A stretch of DNA of 64,000 nucleotides from a virus. Taxonomy: Duplodnaviria; Caudoviricetes. Below are positions 12,601 to 23,746 of this stretch, piece by piece (positions within the stretch are counted from its first letter, which is position 1; every line of letters begins with the position of its first letter). The notes beneath the pieces were generated by a model, which was not told the origin of the DNA, did no database searches, and was given only the letters and a program-made list of their open reading frames with translations. The translations under genes were made by a program, and so were the position numbers. The stretch lies in the IMG/VR virus record IMGVR_UViG_3300032007_001727, one strand, 5' to 3'.

Positions 12601-12841
12601 TACTTGCAGGATTATTTGGCGCGATGTGATTAGTAACGGGTTTGACAGAGTGGATGATACGATTGAGGAATACCCGTTTACAAACGGGGCGCTTTATGTC
12701 AACAAGAACATAAACATATATGTGAGGAGACAAGACCCGTATAATGAATATCTGCTTTATTCTAACGAAGATATTAAGGGCGAAATCACAGATTTTGAAA
12801 ACGAAGATAATTATGTAAAAGAAAATCAAATAGAATGTTAA
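9617..12841 (+). CDS. Large putative virion structural protein
   Basis: 1074 aa; co-oriented in the structural block; ends YPFTNGALYVNKNINIYVRRQ. Confidence 0.55.
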   Translation: MDTRLFLKKYESKTSSNTSEGLNVPLKSKKKLLPSDGISEVISQYDVYSDERKNCNIIRLTCQVNPVCSNVLFNEITEIVKNEGSSGVTFINYGFTNDNPNKIFDGVVFKPNNTMEFWSGSTMRYQGDDDLLPSSVSTKIERITNKDKVTGNTTLSGDSTDFSHPTNSIRDMQLSNIGFVYHCGKDILNNHLIRSTTFKTVCKLSSDSQKYNDYDAFNTIVDLMRDVSGMKVIEKVPFPVLAGLSGNAKLVSLHLYDSDDTLSFSASVDTNLIKKHNGWVGFYNKSKIKSYRVFPNYPNNSIEMGVDKPLMYMSGGDFVDMYPSRDLYSFIPKYNEHRHRIEKNWNYCITYPSSSYTPSSEEEEFSDIIETNKGLGSLKAIYFDENTNGDDGLDEIVIYGISKHGLERGDHVNVYKTYDTDQFWVVDEYSVRISEIFTNEDDARIEFNRLSTLTSSTQCDGTPYPIPDRIVEVSGDTINEEILHDAEVKDVIDGYIFTLFKSSLQISKTWIDTKDEDNLHELGFTVSDDGKTITNNSGRTYYIVNGKYANIDDTAQRISYKKVSNDIECKYYIRIFSKLPNFKFSSANTFNEYELYKDKQEVIEEYKKKEYDFESHVSRMAFAKNIYSDDMGQLIFTDNIDISNLHDNLGRPLSDLYLTFIKNNKGYKEWYGFDYDEWSESCITDENIEFSHAFGKITCGIETSYESTCNKQINSVFTICNTDTGRKQGYLMSLLRNKFAESEEQYEDATYISSSGNVIKISPDEVWYGIDTDFYGDLCCYNQYDATEKHIAYIMNRFNTAQRESSLSKSDKYFNNFYYDEIMMDDYDSSPYSASCNPYYESGETASNNKSEGYYYNPHYQIRIKTFGKLNSMSPQFLNLRQIVKVDGLEYTYSITTQQPHYLTLGDRAVLYDMVSERYYTLTAIDNERNSNKVFTCIVTDYDTGKNVDIMSANGVPFSSATTNLYTSAQNLQMFKLFKMDNLGCPKYATILKDGTCRIIWRDVISNGFDRVDDTIEEYPFTNGALYVNKNINIYVRRQDPYNEYLLYSNEDIKGEITDFENEDNYVKENQIEC

Positions 12842-15800
12842 GGTATAGTGTCAGATTAAACGGAAGTAATTTCAAGCAAACTGAATTGGAATGGAGTGAA
12901 AAATATCTTTCACCGGATTTGTCTTATATCAGTGGTGTGACATCACCATCCTATAACCTTGACAGATTCAGATATTTGGCCTCAAAGAACTCGTATTCGA
13001 ATACGAACGGTGTCTTGTCCCTAAATGCCCACAATGAAAAAAGACAAGGATATATTATTGTCAGAGAAAAGAAATACTACATATATAGTGGTTCTACTGA
13101 CAACTATTCAATCGAAGAAGGTGGAATAACCATTGAGTATAAGTTTGTTTTCATAAACGGAAAATATTTCTATTATACTGAATTGGATAGTGAATCACAC
13201 ACTAGTGGATTTACCATTGACAATATATTATACTATAAAGATAATAATGTAAAGAATGGTGAAGATGAGCCTTGTAAGGTTGCTTGTTCACAAGATGCCA
13301 CTTATTTCACAATAGATACCGTTTATTATATTGATGATGAAAGAGTCACCATTGACGGTGAGGAATACCAATACGAAAGATGGGAAGGTGAATATGGTGT
13401 CTTAAAATACCTTGATGATGGCAGAGCATTAGACCCTAGTGAAATAACAGATTGTTCTAGTATAGAATTTGTTCCATATGAGGTAAATAATGTGGAGGAA
13501 ATTACAAAATTTACGTTAACGAAGGAGGATGATACAGTAAAACTGTTCGATTCAATTAGTCACTGTAAGTATCAGTTCTATGTTCTGTATAAAAACCATT
13601 ATTGTAACATTGTAAAGGTAGCAAGTGATGATTCCTATATTTTTTACTGCGAAATACCGAAATATGTATTGTCCGGGCGCACAAGTGAGGGGCAGATAAT
13701 CAATGATGATTTGGAGACCGTGCGATTCCCTTTGTATTTTACGTTACAGTCCGGAAACGAAGACATAATGTATGGCTACAAGGATTCAATTGAACAAGGA
13801 TATTATATAGACTCTCAACATTATTCCGAACACCATATTAAGAATATGAATGAATTGACACGTGTCACCGCATTCATATACATTGAAGAAGAGAATGTTT
13901 TTCTCCGCGTTGAGCATGACATCCTATCAACCAACTATGGTGAAATTCTTTCCGTCAACATGAATGATACTTATGCAAGTCTTTCAGTTGGGGATAAGTT
14001 TTCTTTGGAATACAATAGAAACAATAACACCAATGCCATTGTATATAAAACTATGCCGGAAGGAAAAGAAACTTATTTTGTCTTCTTTAACAACAAAAGG
14101 TATGACGTTGAGAAAAATTTGTGCGACAAAGCCGAAATAAAGGGTCAAGAATGTGATATTGAGTATATCAACGGAAGAATCAACGGCGTTGACTGTCTTG
14201 TTTTAATAAATGGTGAATACGTACCAATGAAATTGGAAATAAACGGGGATGAGGCCAAGGTCAAGAGATACGGACGGATTGTGTCCGGCTCGTCATTGAC
14301 TAGTACAACTGAAGCGTCATACAATGTAATTGAATATGACGGTATCACCATAGACAATACCAAGTGTATCATTAATAAGTATGAAAACGGTGACGAATAT
14401 GCTGATATACCATTTAATGAGAAATATGTCGTAAAGATTGTGGAAGTGATAGGTAACTCAACATATATTTGTGTTCCTTACTTTGACAGTAATGATTTTA
14501 CCGAAGAGTTTGCGAGGATAATATCAAATGATATTTGTGACAATATTGTTGACAATCAGCAATTCTTTAGGTTGAAGGTTAAGAACAATATATTCGGTGA
14601 ATATGAAATAGATGAGGCTTTAGCCTTTAAGGCAATGCGTAACCCAAGGTCTAGCAGTGACTTCTATAATCTATTCAACGATTTGGTTATACTTGTCGAC
14701 AGCGGGTATATCCACATCCCTCTATCATTCAACATGGATGCCGGGAATAATATTATCCAAGATGATATTATTACTGAAAAATTCTTTAACGTGGAAAAAA
14801 AGAAGGCAATCAACGCAATAGTTGATATGGAGAAGGATGTATATGTCCCGAAATATATGGACTCAACATACAGTGGTGCTGCGACAACATTCCATCCAAT
14901 ACATGAAATGAGGTTTAATTTCCATTTTAGGACGAGGAATGAGTTTTGGAAAATAGACAGTGAAGACAATAATTGGTTCATTACCGACTATTACCCATAT
15001 AAATGTATGTTGAATGATGGTGAGGCAAAGAAAACGCTGCAAACGGCATCTGACTTGATGGGATTACTCTATTTCACTGACGATGATGTATTCTATCAGA
15101 GGTCAAAGGTCGCAAAATCATTTATGAGGCTCTTGTTCTATGACAGCACGGACCCGCAGAGACAATCATTATTGGCTACGTCTTGTGTTTTTATGGATGA
15201 GCATGCCTTATTTAAGACCTTTATCGACAATTCTAGGCAAAACATATATGACTATGCCAAATCTAGCGGTTCTACGGATGTTTCCGGAGGTACTGACTGT
15301 ACAGACGGTAATTTAAGGAAAATGACTAAAATATCCGTAAACACTGAATTTATCGGAAAAGTAAGTGGTAATACTAAATTTTATCCATTATCTGCAAATA
15401 CGGTAAACATAAGTGAGAATCACAGATTAAGTTCAAGGCTTATTGTTAGGGACAAATACTCAACAGACACCTCCTCTGAGGGATTCTATCTCTACATTTT
15501 CAAGGAGTATTCTGAAAAATTGCACCCAAAGCCTATTTATATGAAGGTTGAATTTAACCATGCCGGTATTGGTAAGACGATACCATTCATAATACCTATG
15601 CATTGGTCCGGAAATACTAGTGATAGCGGAAGCACCGATTATAATATAATGTATCCGGAGCATAGTCTGCAACTTAATAATGAGAATGATGTTAAAGAAC
15701 TGATGAGCGGAACGCCATTGTCCTATATATATGCTCAGACCTATATTCCATTATATGCAGTATATGATTTTATGAACAAGGAGTACTGTTATGTATTTGA

Positions 15801-16002
15801 TAATAGGTATGTTAGTGTGAACAAAGACGGTACAATGGATTTTAATTTGTTCGAAATGAAATCCATGCGAGAAGACAAAGATTATCAATACGATATTGAT
15901 GAAATGCGTAAGGACATATTAATGAGAAAACCTAGAAGAGGTTTTATTAACATTAACAAAAATCAATTTGATGTAGAATTAACTAGCAATGAGGGAAATT
16001 AG
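12835..16002 (+). CDS. Large putative virion structural protein
   Basis: 1055 aa; overlaps both neighbours; KSFMRLLFYDS and YMKVEFNHAGIG motifs. Confidence 0.55.
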   Translation: MLRYSVRLNGSNFKQTELEWSEKYLSPDLSYISGVTSPSYNLDRFRYLASKNSYSNTNGVLSLNAHNEKRQGYIIVREKKYYIYSGSTDNYSIEEGGITIEYKFVFINGKYFYYTELDSESHTSGFTIDNILYYKDNNVKNGEDEPCKVACSQDATYFTIDTVYYIDDERVTIDGEEYQYERWEGEYGVLKYLDDGRALDPSEITDCSSIEFVPYEVNNVEEITKFTLTKEDDTVKLFDSISHCKYQFYVLYKNHYCNIVKVASDDSYIFYCEIPKYVLSGRTSEGQIINDDLETVRFPLYFTLQSGNEDIMYGYKDSIEQGYYIDSQHYSEHHIKNMNELTRVTAFIYIEEENVFLRVEHDILSTNYGEILSVNMNDTYASLSVGDKFSLEYNRNNNTNAIVYKTMPEGKETYFVFFNNKRYDVEKNLCDKAEIKGQECDIEYINGRINGVDCLVLINGEYVPMKLEINGDEAKVKRYGRIVSGSSLTSTTEASYNVIEYDGITIDNTKCIINKYENGDEYADIPFNEKYVVKIVEVIGNSTYICVPYFDSNDFTEEFARIISNDICDNIVDNQQFFRLKVKNNIFGEYEIDEALAFKAMRNPRSSSDFYNLFNDLVILVDSGYIHIPLSFNMDAGNNIIQDDIITEKFFNVEKKKAINAIVDMEKDVYVPKYMDSTYSGAATTFHPIHEMRFNFHFRTRNEFWKIDSEDNNWFITDYYPYKCMLNDGEAKKTLQTASDLMGLLYFTDDDVFYQRSKVAKSFMRLLFYDSTDPQRQSLLATSCVFMDEHALFKTFIDNSRQNIYDYAKSSGSTDVSGGTDCTDGNLRKMTKISVNTEFIGKVSGNTKFYPLSANTVNISENHRLSSRLIVRDKYSTDTSSEGFYLYIFKEYSEKLHPKPIYMKVEFNHAGIGKTIPFIIPMHWSGNTSDSGSTDYNIMYPEHSLQLNNENDVKELMSGTPLSYIYAQTYIPLYAVYDFMNKEYCYVFDNRYVSVNKDGTMDFNLFEMKSMREDKDYQYDIDEMRKDILMRKPRRGFININKNQFDVELTSNEGN

Positions 16003-19000
16003 TAAAAAAATATCTTTGGAACCAATGACTTCTAGGCTACCTAGTGTGTGGCCTAGTTTGCTTGATAACGGTGATTTGATTTATTTCGATGAAAAATCAC
16101 TCGGTGATAGGGGAATGGAATACACTAGCAATTGGGGCCTCACTCCAATCAATATTGTATTGGAAGAGTTTCAGCCGGGAAAGACATCAAGTGAATATAA
16201 AGTCATAAGCGGTTCTTGTGAGGATAGTTTTATTCTCTCGTTTGAAAATCTTAGCAAATGGTATTATTTCTTTACGGAATACTATAACTTGCTTAAGAAG
16301 TATGGACATTGTAATATGACCTACACTAGTGCCGAAGATTATTATAATCACGAATCCATAGACAAATATGCTAGTGAAATGGTGTATGGCTCCGACAGAG
16401 AGACATACATTGAATTGGATAGGAAGTTCACTAGTATGGGTGGAATTGTGTTGGTCACTGAGACGGGTGAAGTCGTTGACAACGGTTTCTTTAAGTGGAT
16501 TTGCGACAATGTCGTACCTAGTTTTCAAATTCCCATAACCTTAAGGAATTATTGGAAGAGAGACACCCTATTCTATCCGGACGTAATAGGTTGGTTGGAG
16601 TGGTTTAACAAACGAAACCAATTATATGATGGTATGGAAGAATATCAGTGTAAGACTACGGAAAATGTTGACTGCTGCGATTGCGTAGAATATTTCAGTC
16701 GCGGCGGCAATGATATGTTTACGTTGATGCAGGATTGGTATGGTGAGGTTGAAGGTAGAATTTCAAGCAATAAGGATTCAATAGAATCCTCATTAAGTGA
16801 TGGTGGTGAATCTTGTTGGTATCCGCATATTATATTGCCGACTGAAATATTGGCCGTAACGGATAATGTAGGTGAAAGGAGCATCTTGTCAGACGATTAT
16901 AAGTGTGGTGAAGAATATCATACAATCCCAACGGAAGAAGGAAATAAGAGGACGCAAATATACTATGAAAGTGGTAATACACATGACGGAACGGTAGCCA
17001 CGATAGGTTCTATCCCAATGATATTAAGCGGCGATGGTCTTAGTTTCGAATTTGATGATAAATTTATGGAAAAATATATATCCACATGTAATACATGCGG
17101 ATATAAGGGTGTCTTCTCTGAAAGGTGTCCAATATGTAATAGTTCAAATATAGAAATTAAAAAGTGGATTCCTTATACGGAACATTACTTACATGATAAT
17201 GCTAATGAATTCATTACCAACATCACCCTATACACGTTTGATGAAAATAATGTAAAGGTTGTCGGTACCGGTTTGATAGACAACGCGCTCCAAGAAATAA
17301 AGGATAAACTGACAAAGGTTTATGAAATACAGAAATCTGAGAATGGTTGGATTTTCATTAACGGTTCACTTTATCCGGTAGGAAAGACCGAATACGGTAT
17401 ATATGATGAAAATAACCAATACCTAGGAGGAAGGGAGTATCCGGTGTTTAGGGATAGTGCTACAAACACACCCTATACAAGCATTAACGGAAAAAAGATA
17501 TATGCCGAATTATATGTCCCGAAGAATGTGTTCTACTTCCCGTTTTTCAAGGTGCCCGGATACACACCGGCTGAGTCACTTGATTTTGACATTAATGAAT
17601 ATAAGCAGTTCAGCAGAGTTGATAACGGTCAAGGCGAAAGGAAACATTACATAGAGTATATGGGTGATATATTCATGTTTGACGAGTCATTGGTAATCAG
17701 TGGTGTTAACCCCATTAAGGTTGTGGGTCATTCTGTCACCGATGATGGCATTGACTTGTATATAGTGGATGCATTTTCTGATGAAAACATCAAGTCATAT
17801 GATGAGTATAACAATGAATTGGTTGACTATGAGAAGAGCGGGTATAATAAACCTAGTATTGACGAGTATAATACCGTAATTAAAATTGTTCCCATCATAA
17901 ATGATTCCGGTTCAATATTTGAAATCTACAATGCAAGGGAATTGGTCGGGACAACATCCTCAAAATTAATTGGGTTGAGGTCTTTTAACACACTCGTTGA
18001 TGATATAGGAAATGAAATAGACGGAATAAATAACTCCGCAACAATCAACGGCATTGGCCTCAGACCAAAAGAGGGTGCTGTGTTGGAACCGATTTATCAA
18101 GTCGGAAATACCGCAAACGTGAGACCTTATGCCTATACATTAAGGGATGACCAAATAAGTGGTGGTACTAAAGAAAACTATTATGTTGGTGATATTATTA
18201 CGGATATGACCTTCTATTATCTGAAGACAAACGGTGAAGTCGCAGAAGATACGATAGTGAAAGTCACTATTGATAATGAAGATGGCCCCAATAAGGGTCG
18301 CAAGAAGATTAAAATAAAGAATGACGAGTTTTTAGTTAGCGGAAACACTTCACTGTCTGCAATAACAGTGTCCACTACAAAAAAAGAAGAGATTAAATTG
18401 AATAAGGTTTATACGGAAGATGATATATTGTGTGACGTAACATATCATATCGGGGCAACCTTAGTGAGTGGAAGCAGTGGGTACGAGAGGTCACAATTCA
18501 TGTTGTCCAATGAAAGTAATGACGTTGAATATATTGAGACGGTTAGGTTTGTCCTAGAGCCAAGGGAGTTTTATTTGGGATGGGAAAATGACCCCAAATA
18601 TATTATTCCGGTAAATAGGCAGAATCCGTGTAACCATTCATTGAGTTACACAATCTATGTCTATAGGATGGTTCAAGACATAACAGAAAGGAGTTTTACC
18701 GAATGTGGTGATGAGGTTGAGGTTTCGATTGCAAATTTTCAAACCAAAATAAATTTGTTATTGGATAGTAGCGGAAATGATGTCTATGGTGAATTAATGG
18801 ATATGGCAAGACATAATAATGTGGAAATTTTTCCGACATTCGGTGAGGAATACAGACTCGGAATTTCAGTTAAAGAAAATGTAGATTCTGATATTTATAT
18901 AGACAGAGGAATTAATTCGGCTTATGAAAAGCACCTTAAACTAGGTGAAGTAACATCACTAGAGGCTTTAGAAAACTACGGAATTAATTTTTTTGAAATG

Positions 19001-19012
19001 ATGAATACCTAA
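15989..19012 (+). CDS. Large putative virion structural protein
   Basis: 1007 aa; C-terminal SDIYIDRGINSAYEKHLKLGEV..LENYGINFF. Confidence 0.55.
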   Translation: MREISKKISLEPMTSRLPSVWPSLLDNGDLIYFDEKSLGDRGMEYTSNWGLTPINIVLEEFQPGKTSSEYKVISGSCEDSFILSFENLSKWYYFFTEYYNLLKKYGHCNMTYTSAEDYYNHESIDKYASEMVYGSDRETYIELDRKFTSMGGIVLVTETGEVVDNGFFKWICDNVVPSFQIPITLRNYWKRDTLFYPDVIGWLEWFNKRNQLYDGMEEYQCKTTENVDCCDCVEYFSRGGNDMFTLMQDWYGEVEGRISSNKDSIESSLSDGGESCWYPHIILPTEILAVTDNVGERSILSDDYKCGEEYHTIPTEEGNKRTQIYYESGNTHDGTVATIGSIPMILSGDGLSFEFDDKFMEKYISTCNTCGYKGVFSERCPICNSSNIEIKKWIPYTEHYLHDNANEFITNITLYTFDENNVKVVGTGLIDNALQEIKDKLTKVYEIQKSENGWIFINGSLYPVGKTEYGIYDENNQYLGGREYPVFRDSATNTPYTSINGKKIYAELYVPKNVFYFPFFKVPGYTPAESLDFDINEYKQFSRVDNGQGERKHYIEYMGDIFMFDESLVISGVNPIKVVGHSVTDDGIDLYIVDAFSDENIKSYDEYNNELVDYEKSGYNKPSIDEYNTVIKIVPIINDSGSIFEIYNARELVGTTSSKLIGLRSFNTLVDDIGNEIDGINNSATINGIGLRPKEGAVLEPIYQVGNTANVRPYAYTLRDDQISGGTKENYYVGDIITDMTFYYLKTNGEVAEDTIVKVTIDNEDGPNKGRKKIKIKNDEFLVSGNTSLSAITVSTTKKEEIKLNKVYTEDDILCDVTYHIGATLVSGSSGYERSQFMLSNESNDVEYIETVRFVLEPREFYLGWENDPKYIIPVNRQNPCNHSLSYTIYVYRMVQDITERSFTECGDEVEVSIANFQTKINLLLDSSGNDVYGELMDMARHNNVEIFPTFGEEYRLGISVKENVDSDIYIDRGINSAYEKHLKLGEVTSLEALENYGINFFEMMNT

Positions 19013-19035
19013 AAAAGTTAAAATTTAAATTTAAG

Positions 19036-19968
19036 ATGAGTGTAGGCGCATACGGTACCGTAATACCAATTTCAATAAGGAATAATGATATTAGTAACTT
19101 GGTTGACATTTCATTTGTCTACCACGAGACTAGGAGTTTTGATTCATTGACAAATGCAAAGTTTGAACATCTTGACTCTAGCGTGTTGACCCAAGCGAGA
19201 AGGTCAATGGATAATGGGCAAGGTGAGCAAGATGCAGATGACATTATAGACGGAATGTACAATTTGCAACTCCCTTTGAGACATTTTAATAAAAAGGGCT
19301 TCTACACCGTCTATATAAAGCCAAAAGAGATTTTGGCAACAATTGCCGATGTCAGTAACCTTACAGCATTTCCGGATGTGAGGGGTATGGTTATTGATAC
19401 CACGCAGATACTTAATGAGAGTATGCGGACAAAGGCTAGGACGAATAATAATTTGGTGGGGTATAGGGTGATATACCTAGATGAGAACGGGAACAGAGAG
19501 GACTATTACAGAATAATAACCTCGAATAACAAGTGTGAGCCGGTAGTATCTGCACCAAATTCTTCTAGCGACAAGACATATACATACAGATATGAAGACA
19601 GTTCTAGTCTGATTTTTGTGACGGTATCACCATCCTCTGCACCTTCATTCAAGAATAACGCCCTGCCTTACATAGGAAAGCCGACGCAGAGGATAATGTT
19701 GGTGAACACATTGTTTGAACCGATACAATTGGACATTGAAATGTGCGACCACGACTTTGACACCTTGAGTTTCATGCTCGAAAACAGCCAACTCAGAGAT
19801 TTGGATAACGGACTTGTTACGACATTCAACAATGAGAATGCAATATATCACCAATCAGAACACTTCACGTTAAAGGATAAATACAGCGGAAGACCGGTAT
19901 ATGAGGTCAAGCAGAATAAGAAGACCAATATTGACTATAGTCAAACCATATCAGACAAAATAAGTTAA
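19036..19968 (+). CDS. Conserved-looking phage structural protein
   Basis: 310 aa in the structural block; GATATTTATA motif upstream at 18890. Confidence 0.55.
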   Translation: MSVGAYGTVIPISIRNNDISNLVDISFVYHETRSFDSLTNAKFEHLDSSVLTQARRSMDNGQGEQDADDIIDGMYNLQLPLRHFNKKGFYTVYIKPKEILATIADVSNLTAFPDVRGMVIDTTQILNESMRTKARTNNNLVGYRVIYLDENGNREDYYRIITSNNKCEPVVSAPNSSSDKTYTYRYEDSSSLIFVTVSPSSAPSFKNNALPYIGKPTQRIMLVNTLFEPIQLDIEMCDHDFDTLSFMLENSQLRDLDNGLVTTFNNENAIYHQSEHFTLKDKYSGRPVYEVKQNKKTNIDYSQTISDKIS

Positions 19969-19987
19969 GTGAAATCGTAAAATACAT

Positions 19988-22900
19988 ATGTCAGAGTACA
20001 TAAAATCACATTCAAACTACGTGCTTAGGAAAAACCATCAAACAATCAGCGATGGTACGATTTGGGAGCGTGACATCACCACTATTGGTGGTGTCAACCA
20101 ATTTTCTCCGGGTCAAATTCCAATATACAAAAGCAACAATTTCATCATAACCGTAAGAAATGACGGCCGAATTGCCAACCAATACAACACAACGAATTGG
20201 AAAAGCAATGAGAACGGTGAGATTTGGACATTGGAATCCATCAGCGGAATGACCGATAATTCGGATGGTCAGAATGATATTAAAATCGTATTGAAGCAAG
20301 ACTATTACGATTTTATGGACTTCGTATATTACGGTTCTCTCGTTGAAATGTTTAGGTCATCCATAAACAGCATAATATTAAGGTTTCCGGGTGAGTTATA
20401 TGGCACTGATAAACAAGCATATTATACAGACTACAATAATGATAGGAGACAACTTGGTGACGGATATTACGTTTCAAACCCATTCAATGTAAACTTACAC
20501 AGTATTAAGAAGCCGCTTGATGCCAATCCGTTGAGGTATTTCGCCGACGGGGGATATGCCAATTATGAAATCATTGATGACGAAAGTGACACTCCGATTA
20601 AAATAGAAAAGTGGGAAGTGGTGGAATACCATTACTTTGAACGAAAGGATAGTAAGAATTTTATTAACTATACCGTTACACCTAATGGTACAACTAGTGT
20701 TGTTGAATCTACTCCTCATCCTTGCAAGGGTGAATTGGTTGCTGAAATAAGGATTAACGACAATATACCAATATCAGCATATATCGGCGACAATGATGAA
20801 ATCATCTACACTTCAATTGATATGGCCGGAAAGCATATTCGTCCGTTGAATGACTTTATACTCAATTTCTATGACGAGTGTGATAACTTTGAAAAAATTT
20901 TGTTAAATCCTAAAACAACGCCTAAATACAAGTCAACCTTCTCGGTTATAAATGAGAATGAGTACGGATATTATAGGAAAATGGAGGAGTTCATAGTACC
21001 AACCTCATTTGGTGATTATAATATAGACGTTACCTCCGATGCATTCAATGCATTGACCGAAAGACTCGGTGAGATTGGCGCATATTACGATGAACTTTTT
21101 ACCGATAATCTCTATAGGTCAATGACTCACGAGGCAATCAAGAACTTCGATTGGACATATACCCGTGAATTCAATAACGGTGACGAGGAGGAATATGTCT
21201 ATGGTGGGGAAAAGATTCAAAAGGCTTTGAGGGTGTTTGCAAGAGAATTTGATGAAATCATATCATACATAGACAATATCAGATACTCCAACAGAATAAC
21301 ATATGACGGAAGGAATAATATTCCGGACTATTTCTTGACGGACGAGGTCGATAAAAGGGGTTGGGACGTTAGAATGGTCTATCCTTATGATTTGACCGAA
21401 TATACATTCGGTGAACACGGTGAGAAGAACCCATATGAAGACGGGTACGATAGTCCGAATATTCAATTGAGCGGGGTCACAAGTGACGGAAAACCCTTTA
21501 TTAGGGAATTCACCCAAGATTCAACAAAGGTTGTTGTCCCATATTCAAATGAAATGCTCGGTGAATATAAGAACGGATATTTTATCACTTGCTGTAGTGA
21601 TTATAGCAAAGATGATGAGTTTTGCTACTATGGCACCAAATCTCCGTATTTTATCAAGAAATCCGAAGGGGAGACAACGTTTTTGGATACTTGTGGCGAC
21701 AAGTCTCCGATATTAAAGAACAGAATAAAGGCTTATTCTGATGAAAAACCATACACATATACGGATGTCAATAATGAATTTATGAGGAGATTGGTGATTA
21801 ATTCCCCGTTCATAGCAAGACATAAGGGTACTGAGGAGGGAATTGAAATGATGCTCTCCATGTTCGGCCTTAAAAGCAAGAAATGGGTTGATTCCATGCC
21901 GTCATACATCTGTGATAACAAGAAACTAGATTATGACTATGAGATTGTTGAATACACCTCATTCACAAACAGAATCGAGGAACCTTGGGACGTGGTTCAT
22001 CAAATGTACAGAATAGATTGGATTAATTCCACAAAATCAATCGTGTATGACAATAGGTCAATATCGAATTACACTAGGAATGGTACATTGGATAACGGGA
22101 CACCTTATGAGGGATTGCCGGTATCATACCGATATGAATATAATAACACCGAAGGAAAATACATTCATAAAGAAAGCGAGCAGAAGTATGAAGATTGCGG
22201 AGTGAGTGCCACGACAGATGAAAATAATGCGTTCAAGATAATGGAGACAAATGAACCCGTATTGAGGCGTTACCTCTATCCAAGGTTCAATAAGTATGAA
22301 CAATTGGACGGGAATCCTTATTTCCAAATGGATGGCGGATGGTTATCCAAGACAATTGAATACGGTATTGAGAAATATAACTTTGCATTTGATGTTGAGG
22401 ATAATATAGCATACTCTGAATATGTCCCTAGCGGAAGTACGAGTGAGGATGAGGTAATCGACAATCACCCGATATTCAAGGAGACAATAAGAAACATACG
22501 AAGGGTTGACTCCATATCCAAACTCTTGGACATCCCGTCAAGTGAACTCAAGGCGAACTCAGTGGTCTATGTGACCAACATCGAGAAGAACGTTGCAGTA
22601 ATCAACGGTTCAGTATATCCCATAAACTTGGAATATGCCGTTGAAGGAACCCTTGGAAGATACATTCTGTTTACAAAGACATCGGAATACATATTGGTCG
22701 GCGATGACAGATTCTTCGATGACACAATCTGTGTCTATAATAAGTACGGACAAGAGAGCATATACAATCTTTCAGATAAGAGTGAGGGTTATGAAGTGAA
22801 GGCATATATTACCGATGGTGATGAATTCATCTGTGCCGCCGGTGCTAGCGGCACCCCGGGTGCTTCTTATACAATCGACTCGTTTGAGATATTGGACAAG

Positions 22901-23746
22901 GTATTAAGCGCTGATGACATAACCAATTATTTCATATTGGATGACCCGTATTATTCGGATAAGATATGCACAGAGGATTCACACAACGGGTGGAGACCGC
23001 TAAGGAAGAGTGACCCGGAATATATTAGGATTAACACAATAACAAACTATTACTACGGGAACAATCCGCATAACGGTAACATGAGTTATGATAACGGCCA
23101 TGAATACTTTACATATTTCAAGAGACTGTTCAAGTATGCAATGGATGAGTATATGTTTGATGAAAGGTGCTATGACAATATAGACAATGACTATGATGAA
23201 TTCGGTAAAATTGGATTTAAAAACTTAATTGACGATAACGAATATGTCAAACAGTACGATAACTTATTGGTAAAGGACAGAAAAATACACTATTTCGGTT
23301 CTTATTACCCCAATAATCCTAATGAACAGCCAACTTCATGCAATACAGTCTGCTTCTATGGAGAAGATGAGGATAAGGTGGACAAGTTAGAAAAAATGTA
23401 TAGGGCTTCACTGAATGATGATGAGTTCACGGTTGAAAATTACATCCTCACAAACGAAGAAGGTAAAATGTTAGGCCCGGAGAATCCGTATTCGCAATTC
23501 CTAACCGGTATGACTTGTGAAAACGGAAGGATAATACCAACCGACGAGGTCACGGACCAAATAGTCAACAACAAGAGGATGACCATAAGGTTTAGACTCC
23601 ATAACAAATGGTGTAGCAACAAGGGGCAGTGTGAACTGAAATACATTGACGATATTGTTATGAATTATCTCACGCAGATGATTCCGTCCACAACCATCGT
23701 AAATATTGAATATGTAGAGAGAAAGGAGGATTCAAGCCATGATTAA
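19988..23746 (+). CDS. Baseplate/tail protein (gp7/P2 gpI-like KGT motif)
   Basis: NEFMRRLVINSPFIARHKGTEEGIEMMLSMFG and C-terminal YLTQMIPSTTI resemble wedge gp7/tail-I-type proteins. Confidence 0.6.
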   Translation: MSEYIKSHSNYVLRKNHQTISDGTIWERDITTIGGVNQFSPGQIPIYKSNNFIITVRNDGRIANQYNTTNWKSNENGEIWTLESISGMTDNSDGQNDIKIVLKQDYYDFMDFVYYGSLVEMFRSSINSIILRFPGELYGTDKQAYYTDYNNDRRQLGDGYYVSNPFNVNLHSIKKPLDANPLRYFADGGYANYEIIDDESDTPIKIEKWEVVEYHYFERKDSKNFINYTVTPNGTTSVVESTPHPCKGELVAEIRINDNIPISAYIGDNDEIIYTSIDMAGKHIRPLNDFILNFYDECDNFEKILLNPKTTPKYKSTFSVINENEYGYYRKMEEFIVPTSFGDYNIDVTSDAFNALTERLGEIGAYYDELFTDNLYRSMTHEAIKNFDWTYTREFNNGDEEEYVYGGEKIQKALRVFAREFDEIISYIDNIRYSNRITYDGRNNIPDYFLTDEVDKRGWDVRMVYPYDLTEYTFGEHGEKNPYEDGYDSPNIQLSGVTSDGKPFIREFTQDSTKVVVPYSNEMLGEYKNGYFITCCSDYSKDDEFCYYGTKSPYFIKKSEGETTFLDTCGDKSPILKNRIKAYSDEKPYTYTDVNNEFMRRLVINSPFIARHKGTEEGIEMMLSMFGLKSKKWVDSMPSYICDNKKLDYDYEIVEYTSFTNRIEEPWDVVHQMYRIDWINSTKSIVYDNRSISNYTRNGTLDNGTPYEGLPVSYRYEYNNTEGKYIHKESEQKYEDCGVSATTDENNAFKIMETNEPVLRRYLYPRFNKYEQLDGNPYFQMDGGWLSKTIEYGIEKYNFAFDVEDNIAYSEYVPSGSTSEDEVIDNHPIFKETIRNIRRVDSISKLLDIPSSELKANSVVYVTNIEKNVAVINGSVYPINLEYAVEGTLGRYILFTKTSEYILVGDDRFFDDTICVYNKYGQESIYNLSDKSEGYEVKAYITDGDEFICAAGASGTPGASYTIDSFEILDKVLSADDITNYFILDDPYYSDKICTEDSHNGWRPLRKSDPEYIRINTITNYYYGNNPHNGNMSYDNGHEYFTYFKRLFKYAMDEYMFDERCYDNIDNDYDEFGKIGFKNLIDDNEYVKQYDNLLVKDRKIHYFGSYYPNNPNEQPTSCNTVCFYGEDEDKVDKLEKMYRASLNDDEFTVENYILTNEEGKMLGPENPYSQFLTGMTCENGRIIPTDEVTDQIVNNKRMTIRFRLHNKWCSNKGQCELKYIDDIVMNYLTQMIPSTTIVNIEYVERKEDSSHD

